Positions 51,590-64,000 of a stretch of DNA of 64,000 nucleotides are shown here, piece by piece. How positions within the stretch are numbered: position 1 is the stretch's first letter; every line of letters begins with the position of its first letter. This DNA is from Octopus vulgaris (lineage: Eukaryota). The notes beneath the pieces were generated by a model. It was not told where the DNA came from. It saw only the letters and a list, made by a program, of their open reading frames with translations, and did no database searches. The translations under genes were made by a program, and so were the position numbers. The stretch is taken from the NCBI GenBank assembly GCA_951406725.2, contig OX597836.1, positions 124,001-188,000 on the forward strand, read 5' to 3'.

Positions 51590-52900
51590 TGGAGCTTCTC
51601 GAGTCTTGCATGCGTCGCGGTGGCTTGCTACCTGCAGCCTACGGTACTATGCTATCCGTTCTCTTCAGGTGGTGGTGTTGCCACTGCTTGCGTAGCTGCT
51701 GTTGCGTATGGTACTGGTGCATTGTTGCTCAAAGGCATCTCCCCCACTCCTTTGTTTATATCTCTTGGTATTTTTGTGCTGATGTGCTTTTGTTTCTTTT
51801 TGTTTGTTTTTTTGCATTGGAGAATTTTCGCCATTTATGCTTCCCACTGTCCTTTTCAGCACACAACATCTCTTGGGAAGTCCCAGACACTGAGGCACCC
51901 ATCTTGGGGGTGGTCATTGTGCTTTTGTTTTGTTGTTTGCGGGGTTTTCGTTTGCTGATGTTGTTGTTGGTGTTGTGGTGTCTCTTGCAGGTAGTGTTTG
52001 TTGCTGTTGTTTCCACTGTTGGTGTTCTTGTTACTGTTATTGCTATAAGTGTTGCTTCCAATCTCGTAGCAGATGCTGCGGTCATGCATGATACAGCCGC
52101 ATGTTATTGTCGTGGTTGCTACTGTTGTTGTTGTTGGTGCTGGATGTGGGATATTGGTTGTAGTAGAAGCCCCGTTTCAGCTATCATTGTGCGCTGTTGT
52201 TGGGATAGAAAATCTTGAGGTGGTTTGTATTTCCACAGTTGTAGCATTGCGGACTTCTGCCTTCTCCCAACCACCTGCAATTGCTACCCTCTCGGGGTCT
52301 GTATTAGATCAGGGAATTGCGTAGTAACTCAAGTTTTACCTGAATCAAAATCTCCAAGTCTAGCTTGACCCAGTTTTGTTTCGGAAATCTTTTTACGAGT
52401 TTCTAGAAGCAAGCAGGGGCTTCCAAAACCATACATTTCACCTATCACCAGAAATCAAGTTCTGGTGGTATGTTGGTATTTTTTATTCGGACCACTCTCC
52501 GTCCCTGGAAAATATTTGTTAATGAGAAATTTGCATTTTAGCGGAACGGTAAAGTGTTTCTGAACAAGAGTTTCCAAGTGAAAAATAACTTGAATATACT
52601 CTAAATTTATGGACATGTCCCACAAAACTGATGTCTTGCTCAATGTTCTTTAAATAGAGCTAACCTAATCTGAAAGTATGCGCTCTAATTTGTTTATTTC
52701 CGTCGACAAGTATCGATACAGATTTTTTTTCTGTTTGGACTAAAAAGTGTCGTGGTTTATTCAGTGTAACTTTGTTCTGTTCGGTTAATGTCTTTCTGCC
52801 TCTTTCAACTGTTTTCAAATGGAATAACATCAAACGCGTTTGTGATTTCGGTAAAAGATATTTTTTTAATGAATTTTTACTGCTGTTCATAGTGGAACTG
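51590..52900 (-). mobile_element. decayed Tx1-like ORF1
   Basis: QGRRVVRIKNTNIPPEL, QNWVKLDLE, EGRSPQCYNCGNTNHLK, then a Thr-rich tail. Confidence 0.7.
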
Positions 52901-52924
52901 ATAATGCAGGAGTCACTGCTGCTT

Positions 52925-53030
52925 ATTCTTTCGGCTTTGATAAAATAAGTACCAGTTATACATTGGGGTCGATGTAATCGACTTACCCCCTCCCACGAAC
53001 TTGCTGGCCTTGAGCCACAATTTGAACCAT
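52925..53030 (+). mobile_element. SINE family B, 3' half
   Basis: gataaaataagtaccagtt..ggggtcgatgtaatcgactt. Confidence 0.75.
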
Positions 53031-53779
53031 TATTTTAAAATATGTCTGAAGAATTGTGTTGTAGGGGTTGGCTGCGTAAGACGGTTTCACCGGCAAACCC
53101 TCCTCCCTCTTTCCTCTTCTCCTGGATGGATGACAAAGACGACACCATTTTAAATCTTTGAGTGTCTCGAAGAGATTTCTTTCTTTTAAAACGTTGTCCA
53201 ATGGGGCAAATAACAAAAACGGTTGCTCAATCTCTTATGGTTCTCGTTGACTAAGAAAGAAGACAGACAGATAACGTTATTTACCGATTTATTATGGTAG
53301 TGAGCTACTAACTGAGGAATTCATACTTTGTATTTTATCTTTGGCATTCGCATTATGTTCAGAGCTAATGTACTTGACTTTCACTTCAGTTCCGCCGTAA
53401 ATAGAGTTTCAAGATATACGTAGCACATTGCTTTTAGCTGGTGTTTCTCATAAAGGCATGTGAAGATTAAAGCAAGTGGTTAAACTCTATAGCAAAGAAG
53501 AGGAATAATATAGATTCAAACTATTTCATTTTTCCATTATAAAAATGAAAATGAGCAAAGAATTTCACTTTATATGGGGAGTATATCGTATTGACCATTT
53601 TAGAACTACTGCTTTAAGCGACAGAAGTAGTATGTAACTGAGAAAAGTTTTGCCAGTTTACTATGCTGAATTGAACTTTCGACACCAAATCGTGGTGAAG
53701 AATTGGTTCCACTAAGATGACGTACGCAACACTATATCTCTAATGTTGTTCATACAGCCAAATGGTTCAGATTTCTCAA

Positions 53780-53970
53780 TACCACCACTACCACAACAAC
53801 CACAACCACTATAGCCATCATCACTACAATCACAATCGCCACCACAACTATCACAACCACCACTACCATTACAACTACAATCACTGTCACAACCACTAAA
53901 CCATAATTATCGCCACAACAACCACAACCACCGTTACAACAATCATCATTATTCACATCATGACCACCAG
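53780..53970. repeat. degenerate (ACC/ACA/ATC)n low-complexity tract
   Basis: Read directly. Confidence 0.85.
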
Positions 53971-55474
53971 CTCAGTGGAAGAAGACATGCGTAGTTGCTT
54001 ACAAGTTAGAGTAATAAAAGCGGATGATAAATCACTTGTAATGTACTTCCAAGGGTTTTTGAAGACGAGAAAGAAATTACAATTAAGTCGTAAATTTAAC
54101 GGTTTCTGTTTGACTTCAGTTGCTTGTTTTTTTCTCTTCCTTTAAATTTGACTTTCGTTGCTCAGATTGAGCAGAAAATAGCATTATAGTGGTTGAAATA
54201 GGTTACTTGTCAATTTATCAAGAATTTCAAGACAATCTTCGAATTCAAGACTAGACTTGATTCAAGAAGAGGCATCAGAAGAACAATAAATTTGAAAAAC
54301 TCCATTTGCTGATAAAAATGAATTCCAAACAAGTCATCACTCAATTGTAATAATGATTGAAATTAGTATTATAAGATATAGTACAATTAACTAAATGTGG
54401 AATGATTTATATGTAACTATAATTGTTGTAGCGGTCATGTATATTAAAATATCACAAATTACAAATGATCAGTGATCGTAAAGCTGCTGGTCCAGAGTGA
54501 ATACTCACAACGTTTTTATTTTCTTAACCTTGTATGGAATATTGATAATAATGACTTTTAAGTTCTGTTGTGTCTGGGGAGAGTCATTTTCTTTTTGTGC
54601 CTTATAATTTAACACACGTACCGGTAAAATTTCCACTTATTTCTTATTTTTCATTTTCCTAAAATTTTCGTTGCGTCTTACAACCTTTTCAATAGTCTTA
54701 ATTCTCACTAGTCTTAACTTTTTTTAAGTTAAGTTTCGTATATAATTTCAGTACCAAATTTTATTTAACTTTCACAAGACATGACGAATAGCTTTTATTT
54801 AGATCCATGTATGGATATTTTATCCACAAAATTTGTGAATATAGCCTTGTGTTTACTGGAATTTGATTATTCAACACAACAACCCAACAAGCCGAGACCG
54901 ATGAAATTTTTATTACTGTGAACATAAGGGGAAATTGGATCCCATTCTAGTTATTCCTCCACCACGCATATTGCGTTAATCACTGAGAGAGCTGAACTCA
55001 AATTCTGCGAAGAATCGACAAAATACAAGAAACTATTTTAGTTGTCTTGTTTCTATTTTCTATTCGAATTAAGTGCTTATAATGTCTATCAATTATATTA
55101 GCTACTTTAAAAAGCAAATGATCAGGACACTACAATGCAACTGGTAACACAGCCGCTTTGTAATTGATAGTTACGTAGTTCAAATAATATCAACGAGAAT
55201 GTTTTCCAGATTTGAATGTTTCCAGATTCTCATATCAATGAGAATGTTTTCCTGATTTGACTTCTATTTCTAGAGGTTGTGTTACCTGTCGAGGTTTCCC
55301 TCTTTGGATCGATCTCATTCTGATGGAAGAAGCTGTAATAAAGTTAGTAAAACAATTCAGATGTGAAAATGAAACCTGGAGTCTCAAAATTAACTGATCA
55401 AATACCAAACTTTAACAAGTAGGAAAGCAGACAGAATTCTACTCCCTTGAGAAAAATTACCTTGCTTGATATGT

Positions 55475-56090
55475 CGTGTACCAGTGCAAACTGTGGATGC
55501 ATATGAATTGCAGTGAAATCATTGGCAAGTTTAAAGAAAAAGACTTTATACGTGTTATATGCACTGGAGCAATAAACAGTACGAACTCACAGGGAATAAT
55601 ATTCCTTAGATGTTCAGTAGGAGCTCTAGAGATGCTTATATAACTTCTTGTTATCTGGGTAACTTGATCAGCAGTGGAGTAGGATGTTCTGAAAGTACAG
55701 CAGTTAGAGTAAGAACGGACAAAAGAAAGTCAGAGGGCTATTACCCCTATTAGTACCCCAATTTTTTACTCTTAAAGTGAAAGGCTGATTGTATGGTATT
55801 TGTATACGAACTGCAATGTTACATGGTTGTGAAACATGAGCCTTGAATATAGAGGACTTACGAAAGTCCTCTATATTCAAGAAAGAAATAAAGCAAAGGT
55901 GATTCACTGAATGTGCAAAGTGTAAATGGATGACACATTTGTCAGGAGTACAGATGCGTTAAAAAAATAGCACTTAGAAGTAGTGTGTAAGAGAGAAGAC
56001 CGTATATCTATGGACATACCAAGTATATGGATGAGATCAGCTGTATAAAAGTGTGTCGATCTCTTAATGAGGATGGAAGCTGTGGATGTA
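55475..56090 (+). mobile_element. RTE-clade LINE C-terminal fragment with Cys/His insert
   Basis: CKLWMHMNCS, FCYLGNLISS, LKVKG.LY..RTAMLHGCET. Confidence 0.75.
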
Positions 56091-56545
56091 ATTTAAGGAA
56101 TGCTGCTTGCTTGAGCTTTCCTTTCACAAAAGTTGCTTTTGCACACTTATCAAGGCCAAAATCCATCCCGATGTCATTGCTGAACACTTTAACAGTTGTG
56201 AACATCCCTACTAGCTCTTCGACATTTCTAGCAAACAGCTTCTGATCGTCCATATAAAACAGATGATTTACTATAATACTATACATTTTTAACCCATACC
56301 TCGTGTTACTCAGTTCGTTTGAGAGTGGGATCAGTGCTATGCAAAAGAGTAATAGGGAGAGGGAGTCACCTTGAAAGATGTCTCGTTTGATGTTGATGTT
56401 GTTAGATTGGCTCATCCCATTTCTATGGTTTAGGAGACGTGTATTTCACTTGGCCATGCCACCCTGCAAAAATTTGTATACTACAGGAGAGATCTTGTTT
56501 ATCTCGAGGGTTTTTAGTAGCCGATTATGTGGGATACTATCAAAT
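56091..56545 (-). mobile_element. R4/Dong-like LINE RT fragment
   Basis: IFQGDSLSLLLFC, NHLFYMDDQKLF, IGMDFGLDKCA. Confidence 0.9.
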
Positions 56546-56582
56546 GCTTTTAATTATTATTAATTATATTATTATTATTATT

Positions 56583-56629
<47 letters not shown>

Positions 56630-56668
56630 CGTCGTTGTTGTTGTTGTTGTTGTTATTATTATTATTAA

Positions 56669-57068
56669 ATGAGAGAGCAGTGCATACCGCCGTCAATGTG
56701 ACACTGGTGTAAAATATACAAAGCCCAGTATACCCATCATGACTACTTGTCTCATAAGGATGTTGAACAAAACACCCATATTTCCAAAGGTGAATTATCC
56801 AAACCCCAAAGAATGCCTCTCGACACATGGCTATGATGCTCCCATACTACTTCTGCTCGTGATCAGAGATGCACATATTGTTGACCACTAAGGGACATGG
56901 TCATCTGGTTACGGTCAAACAACTGACAAGCAAATCTGTGGTATTGAGCAGAATATTTGCTGTTGCCCATCTTTTATACCAAGACAAAACAATGTTCATG
57001 ATAACACTTCCAATCAATTAAGATCAGAAGCCATGAGAGCCACTGCCTGGTACTGCATCAGGGCATTA
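56669..57068. mobile_element. second, inverted and deleted copy of the 18668-19265 element
   Basis: Reverse-complement match at both ends. Confidence 0.88.
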
Positions 57069-57144
57069 ATTATTATTATTATTATTATTGTTGTTGTTGT
57101 TGTTGCAGCTGCTGTTGTTGCTGTCGTCGTTGTTGTTGTTGCTG

Positions 57145-57432
57145 TTTACTTTTAATCTACATGTTTGTCAGAATCACTTGCCGAGACACACCCAACGTTT
57201 TGGGGCGAGCGAAGGATAAGAGATGTTACAGTATTACTGAAAGCTTGGGGAGGGGAAGTGGCAGGAGCAGTCAAAAAATATCATGTAATGCAACACAGAC
57301 ATTTAAATGGATAGGATTCTTCTAAGGATGTGAACAGTACTTGTCAGCACAGTCTTTTGGATTCCTCTGAGGCATGGGTCTCCTGGAATCTTATCTAGAT
57401 GTTTCTGACTTCCCTTTTTTTTTATCATACAG
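57145..57432 (-). mobile_element. R4/Dong-like LINE 3' end
   Basis: KGSQKHLDKIPGDPCL..IQKTVLTSTVHILRRILSI*, then a 3' UTR with tcggcaag running into (AAC/AAT)n. Confidence 0.8.
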
Positions 57433-57433
57433 T

Positions 57434-57683
57434 TGTGATGAGAATTAATACACCCCCTTGTGAGAGATAGACTGGTCCGAGTAAAGTATAAATAGTAGCA
57501 ATCCGAGTGAGTTCAGAATTCAGAGTTCGGAGTTGAGTGAAGCTCGTCTTAATTTGCAGTGAAGTCAGAAGGTGTCGGTTGGTTAGTTCACAAGAAATAT
57601 TGATTGTCGGTTCGTAAGGAAACTTGTTAGTTTGTTACGTTGTTTTTATTGTTTTCTGGTTATACTTAACAAATTACGTTACA
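57434..57683 (+). repeat. 5' LTR of the Gypsy element (250 bp)
   Basis: tgtgatg..cgttaca termini, internal tataaata, followed by PBS-like tctggtgatgag. Confidence 0.8.
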
Positions 57684-59757
57684 TCTGGTGATGAGCGTTT
57701 TGAAGCTCACGTAAGTTATTTAACAATTTGTTCGTGATACAACTTGATAAATGATTGAAGACCTATTAGCTTCTATAGTACAGTTGAAAAGGCAACAGCA
57801 AGAGCAGCAACAGGACTCGAAGAAACAACTATTACGGCAACAACTACAACAACAACAATTATTGGAGCTATATTCAAAGAAGTCCAGAAATGAAGTAAGT
57901 TCGTTTTCGCCAGACGACCTATCGAACTCGATTAATGAATTCAATTATAACCCAGAGGAGGGTATAACTTTTGCATCGTAATACAGAAGGTACGAAGAAA
58001 TGTTTAAGCAAGATTGCAAATCATGGTCAGACAAACAAAAAGTGAGATTATTATTGTGAAAATTAGCCCCATTAGAACATGAATGTTACTGTAATTTCGT
58101 ATTGCCCCCCCCCCCCAAAAAAAACCCAATGAAGTTTGTTTTAAAGAAACAATAGAATTACTGTCTAACATATTCGGTGATAAAACTTCTCTATTTAGCA
58201 CTCGAATGAAGTGTTGGAATATAACAAAAAAAGAGAATGGTAATTTTATCACATACGCAGAAACTGTCAACCGGTTGTGTGAATGTTTTAAACTCAAAGA
58301 ACTTACACCTGAGATGTTTGGGTGTATTATTTTCGTACAATACCTTACAGCAAGTGAAGATACAGAATTTCGGGCAAGAATTATTTTTAAATTGGAATAA
58401 GCGAACCAAGATCTAACATTACAGTCCGTAGCAGAAGAATGCCAAAGAGTGATAAACCTGAAACATAATGTAGAAAAAATTTTAGAAAAGGATTCCTCAA
58501 AAGTACAGATGTTTCGACTGGAAAGTACAACCAAAAAAGAGCGCCACATCCTAAACCATGTTGTGGATGTTGGGGGCATACATTTCAGAAAAACTGCCCA
58601 TTTAAAAATCAAAAATGTTACAGTTGCAAAAGAATTGGTCACAAGAATTTACACTGCAGAACAAAATTACGAAGGTCAAACGTTAAAAATCCTAAAGTGC
58701 TCTCAGCAAAAACAAAAATCGACTCCCAAATAAACAAATTCGCACACGTAAAAATAAATGGAATACATATTAAACTTCAACTTGATACTAGAAGTGATAT
58801 TTCAATAATAAATATGGACACATGGAAGAAAATAAGGAAACATGTTGAGAAAAACAGTGAAATCTGCTCGTGGCGTGACGGGGACTAATGTCACATTTTG
58901 AGGGAAAACATGCAACCGATCTGTTTGGTACAGATTGGTTAGAATTATTCGATTTATAGGACTTCCCCATAAATCTCTATTGTAAAAGCGTAATTGATTG
59001 TTCCTCTAAAAATATTTCGTCTGAAGAGCTAAAGAGAAAATTTTTTTTAATGTTTCCGCAAGTACTCTCGAGCAAACTAGGTCTATGCACAAAAACTGAA
59101 GTGTGTTTTGAATTTGACGATAACGTTACACCTTTGTTCGAGCCTAAGAGGAAAGTGCCTTTTGCAACAATAAAGCAAGTGGACGACGAGTTAGACTGAT
59201 TGGAAAAAAACGGAATTATCGTAAAGTGGATTACGCGAAACTTTTGGACGGTTTAAATGACTGTTTGAAAATTAACCCCAGAAGATATTTTTACAAAACT
59301 AAACGAAGGAAAAATATTTTCGAAACCCGATCTCTTTGCCGTATATCTACAAATCAAAGTTGTAAAAAATGCTCAATACGCACAGGAGTCTATACAAATA
59401 CAATAGACTACCTTTTGGACTGAACGTAGCACCTGTTATATTTCAACAGGTGATGAATGCGATGTTGGCCAATTTACTATTCCTACCTTGATGCCGTGTT
59501 AATCAAAAGCGAATCGTGGAATGAGTATATCGAATACGTGAAGTGCTTCTTTGAAAAAATTATGGTTTATGATTTCAGACTCAAAGTGTGATTTTTTTTT
59601 TTTTTTTTTGCCTAAAATCAAATACCCAGGTCAAGTCTTAGATAGGAATGGAAGACGTCCTGACCCGTCGAGGACAGACGCAATCAAGAATATGCCTCCT
59701 CCAACGAATATACTGGCATTACAAGCTTTTCTTGGCCTAGAAAATTACTATCAACAG
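57434..59757 (+). mobile_element. Gypsy (Mag-like) LTR retrotransposon, 3'-truncated and decayed
   Basis: gag FNYNPEEGITF..YRRYEE, KTSLF..R.KC and knuckle CYSCKRIGHKNLHC; protease LQLDTRSDISII; RT remnants IKYPGQV and LQAFLGL.NYY. Confidence 0.92.
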
Positions 59758-61900
59758 TACCTGGCTGCACGTTGATTTGGAGACTGCCGAAGACATCTCT
59801 GAACTGATCAACCTACTTGGTGGAACACAATTATTTGTAGTAGCAGAGGGAAGACAGCTGAGATGTCACGTTTGTGACAAAACAAACCATTTAAAGGCTT
59901 TCTGCCCCACACAAAGATAAGAACCTGTTCCTGCGGACACTTTCAAGGCAATTACAACAACAACAGCACCACTACCAACAACAGCAACAGCACCACCAAC
60001 AACAACAGCACCACTACCGCCAACAATACCAACAGCATCAGTGCCAAGAACAGTAACATCCAAAACCAAAACAACAGCAGCATCAGCAGAAAGAGAAGCA
60101 GGAGAAATCCCTTTAACAACATCAGTAGCAAACACCGGTGCCACACCCAAGAAAAACTAAAACAATACCTTCACCATCACAACTGAGAGTAATGTCACCC
60201 ACACCAGTCGAGCAAATCACCAGCTTACAAATACGCAACTGGGCAGACACACCCATCTGCTACAGATTTTCCGACTGTGTAAATTTGTCAAGCGTGGAAA
60301 ACAGTCTTGGAAACTTACCCGGTGAAACGAAAAGGTAAAAATGACAAAACAAAAAACGCGGTACAAGAGTAAAACCAGAGATTAGAGGAGGAGATAGAGA
60401 AATCAGCAAAGCATCACACATCCACACACCCGACGCTGATGCAGCTACAGATATCTTTAACACTACAACCACCAATAACATAACTAACACATCAACAAAC
60501 GAAAACATAGCGATCCTGACCAACAACATGAACTGCACACCCAAGGCATCATTAATTAAACGACTATAGACACAAACAGCAAGGACTTAATAAAACATAT
60601 TCAAAATTCCACATCACTCTAAATGAATGCATTGCATCCCCGCATAATACCCCATTCACATAAAAATGATTAAAACAGCGTAACAATTTACAACAAAGTC
60701 GAAGAAAATATCTCAAAAGAATGGGAGATACCCTAAATAAAAGGTCCTACAGAGAAATGTATATGGAGACATCCACAAATAATCAGAACAGAACATCTGT
60801 CTCTATACAAAAAATAGGATGTGACCCTCTTCATTCTCCTTCACTCAGATAAGCATGACCTTTCTCAGAACAGGCAGTGTAAATGCACGTAGCATGGAAT
60901 CACCTTGGAAACAGAGACACCTACTCAATGACCTCAGGTCACTAAGTGGCATAGAGTGGCTGTCAGTGAAACCAGACTCACCGACCGACGAGCTTTCATG
61001 TCTTTCTTTCGATGGATATGAGATTTGCTTATCTCCGTCTCAACCGAGAATGGAAGAGGGCTGACAGTGGTGTTGTTCTGGAGAGGATCTCAAGATAAGG
61101 ACCATCTTCCCGGATCCAGACAGTAAGTTGGTGGTCCTGGATATGAACAATAGTGACGGGGATGCTTCAGACTAGCAGGTGTTTATACTCGGACAGGTGC
61201 AGGATAACCATATTTCTTCAGACGTCTGGAGGTTTTCTTGGGAATTTTCGACTTTTAGTGCTAATGATTGATTGGGACGCCATCTTGAACTCACGTTTGG
61301 ATTGTGTGTGGCTAGTTGTTAGAAGAGGGGTGCAAAAGCCTCGCAAACTTCCTCAGACGTTTTCAACTGTCTGACATGGACAGACCGTCATATCTAGACA
61401 AAGTATTCTGTTGGCCAGTGGTAGGATTCAGTTACTGGAAGCTGAACACGTCAATCCCGACATGTGAAGCTTATAGAGACCAGATTAGTGAATTAGTTAA
61501 ACGAGATTTGATGGGAGTCAATCGTCAACAATAAATGGTGGTTTACCCTCAAAAAAGAAATTAGAGTAGAATTGATTAGATTCGCTAAGGCATTAGCGAT
61601 AGAAAGGAATAGAATAGAGGAAAACTTAGCTAGAAACTTAGAAGAGGCGCTTAGGAAAGGCATCGCAACCAACGTGATGGCGGCGAAATTGGCCTCCTGA
61701 ACCAATTCTTCAACGCTAGACACGAAGGATTCATTGTCAGAGCTAAGGCACGTGCTGTCAGACAAGAGGGAGCGTAAGTCGCTCGATAGGCCCGATTGAA
61801 AGAGGCGCAACCTGGCAACAAATCCACAATTCGATCTTTGGTGAACTATCAACAGATATCTATCGCAACTGGTGGCAAAACGGGAGAATTCTCAATTTTG
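59758..61900 (+). mobile_element. Tx1-like LINE: ORF1 C-terminus and ORF2 endonuclease region
   Basis: VVAEGRQLRCHVCDKTNHLKAFCP (CCHC); ORF2 from 60855 gives GSVNARS..SETR, LMIDWDAIL and YWKLNTS. Confidence 0.85.
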
Positions 61901-61929
61901 TGAGTCGAGGAACAGTGGCCCAAACAAGA

Positions 61930-62688
61930 GGGGTCAAAATGAAGGTGTCCAGGACTTCGTCACAGTCCCCTTCATCTCATTTCTCTACAAAATGACTGCC
62001 TCTGGTGTTCCCCTTCATCTTGGAGACAATCAAAAGTCACAAGAAGGAAGGTCTGAACTATAAAGAGTTTGATGGATAGCTTTGACGACCATCTCTGTCA
62101 AGTAGTTCCATCACCAGGATGGAATTGTGGATTGGTGCAGGTACCACTGACCAGAGTGAAAGAGCTCTGACCTTTTGCGACGAAGTTTCTTCCCGAACTC
62201 CCTCAAAACCTCCACAAAGTGTTGACCGTCTGACAAGAGGGAATCTAGTGGGTGGTAATGACGTCATTGCTATTGAAAATGGAGCTCAGCATGAACTTGT
62301 TGGTGGACTTGCTTTGCCTGGCCTTCTTGGGTCTTGGGGAACTAGGACACTTCTGTTGGTTACTGTATCTCTTGGTCTTTCGACCGTAAGACCTACCGTC
62401 ACGGGTCACCAGAACTCAAATACTCTTGGATTGAAGGTAATGAGCTCAGCCATCTCCGTGCTGTCACCATTGCATCTTTCCTTTACACACATTTTATGCA
62501 TGGTCAGATCTTCATGGGTAATTGTGTGGATAGTTGCCACACCAACTCCAAACTGTATGCTTCTGGGATGAAAAGTTGGCAAGTCAGCTTATTAGATGTT
62601 TAGTAATGATAGACTAAAGTTACAATAATCCAGGACTGTTACAACTGCCTCGCCTAAAAATACCTCAAACCTTCTGGGATGGACCCCG
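61930..62688 (-). mobile_element. decayed mariner transposon
   Basis: GVATIHTITHEDLTMHKMC, SPRPKKARQSKS, LRRKRSELF..WYLHQ, YSSDLPSCDF; end ggaccccg followed by TA. Confidence 0.8.
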
Positions 62689-63059
62689 TACAGTTTTGTG
62701 TGTGTGCGCGCGCGCATGAATGTTCCTTCACTTGTTAAATTGATATAGTTTATTATTTCTTCCTTCAGTAAGTGACTTCGAACAATACTCTCTACACAAA
62801 TGAGCTTCTGTGCGATAATAAAGCATGGATGTTAGTGAGAAATTTAACTGTAACTCTATATTTCAAACTGAAACCGCACTTCATGAATAAATAACAGAAT
62901 GATTTATAAATGAATGTTAGCAAAATTCTTCGTCGTGTTTTGGAGTGTAACATAAAGCAATGACAATATAATAAATTAAAAGTCACTAGAAATCTAGGTT
63001 AGTTGCTATATATTTTACGAGAAAATTCTTATTAAGCTTCCATTATTGGACGGCAAAAA

Positions 63060-63268
63060 AAGTGGCGAGCTGGCAGAATCGTTAGCACCCCAGACAAAAT
63101 GCTTAGCGGCATTTCACCTGTCTTTTTGTTCTGAGTTCAAATTCCGCTGAGGTCGACTTTGCCTTTCATCCTTTTGCAGTCCACAAAATTAGCACCAGTT
63201 GAACACTGGGGTTGATGTAATCGACTTAATCCCTCATCCAAACCTGCTAGCTTCGTGACAAAAAATTA
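63060..63268 (+). mobile_element. SINE family B
   Basis: Matches the family B sequence. Confidence 0.9.
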
Positions 63269-63306
63269 ATTATTATTATTATTATTATTATTATTACTAC
63301 TACCAA

Positions 63307-63552
63307 AACGGCGAGTTGGCAGAAGCGTTAGCACACCGAGTGAAAGGCTTAGCCGTATTTTGTCTGCTGATACTTCTGAGTTCAAATTCCGCCGAGGCCG
63401 ATTTTGCCTTTCATCCTTTCGAGGTCGATAAACTATGTACCAGTTACGTAATGAGATCGATGAAATAAGTACCAGTTACGCACTGGGGTCGATGTAATCG
63501 ATTATCTCCTTCCACCAAATTTCAGGCCTTCCGCCTTTAGTAGGAAGGATGA
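63307..63552 (+). mobile_element. SINE family B with internal duplication
   Basis: Matches the family B sequence; the gtaccagttacg segment is duplicated. Confidence 0.9.
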
Positions 63553-63584
63553 TTATTATTACTACTGTTATTATTATCATGTTT

Positions 63585-64000
63585 GCCAGGGAAGGACGTC
63601 TCTTCGACGTGTTTTAAATTTTGAAGGATCAAAAAATGCAAAAAAACATTCTCATGAAGTACTCAACATCCAAGAATCCATTGAACAACAAACCAATCTC
63701 AAAAATGTTGTCTATAAAACTTTAGCCACAAAAGTAAGAAAATAGAACAGGCGACACAGCAGCAAATTTGGAGCACCAAAACCTATGAGAGCAGAGGTAA
63801 AAGCACAGCACAGTTAAGACTAGCTTCTCTAAAGAGGATTAGGCCTGGAAGTACTCCATAATAAGCTCTAACGATTGACAAAATGCTTATCATCATCACA
63901 ATTTCACTTGGCCGTAGGGTAGTTAAAGTAAAAATAGCCAACGTGCCACCAGAAATAAATATTTGCATGTTGGTGGCACTTAGCCTTTTTGATAGAGAAG
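63585..64000 (+). mobile_element. Tx1-like ORF1 N-terminal part (runs off the window)
   Basis: LGRRVVKVKIANVPPEI, matching the other ORF1 relics. Confidence 0.6.

Noticed and set aside
51490-52218. 242-aa plus-strand Cys/Val-rich ORF
   Set aside because: Antisense shadow of a Thr-rich LINE ORF1 plus (TAT)n.
55420-55490. Penelope-like PLEKNYL..VVYQCK remnant
   Set aside because: Overlaps the start of the RTE Cys motif and is too short to separate.
58004-58642. 212-aa minus-strand ORF
   Set aside because: Antisense to the Gypsy gag region.

Overview
AT-rich, microsatellite-dense eukaryotic DNA. The SINE and LINE families look like those of octopus (coleoid cephalopod) genomes; this is recognition from memory, not a database result. 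I can support no intact host gene. Most of the window is layered, decayed transposable elements: RTE, CR1, Tx1/L1-like and R4/Dong-like LINEs, Penelope-like fragments, two abundant tRNA-derived SINE families, five Tc1/mariner elements (one nearly intact, two nested) and a truncated Gypsy element with its 5' LTR. The long YI/CV/HT-rich ORFs in the track are microsatellite artefacts. Main observations: (1) the non-repetitive islands on the minus strand (about 12.7-63 kb) carry splice signals and translate, in the expected order, into degenerate dynein-heavy-chain-like AAA1 to AAA4 motifs, suggesting a dead unprocessed gene colonised by TEs; (2) several minimal hammerhead-ribozyme motifs of the Penelope type, including a tandem pair with predicted cleavage sites 250 nt apart; (3) a SINE tail shared with CR1 LINE 3' ends through a covarying hairpin. 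All translations and alignments were done by eye, and coordinates of decayed elements are approximate.
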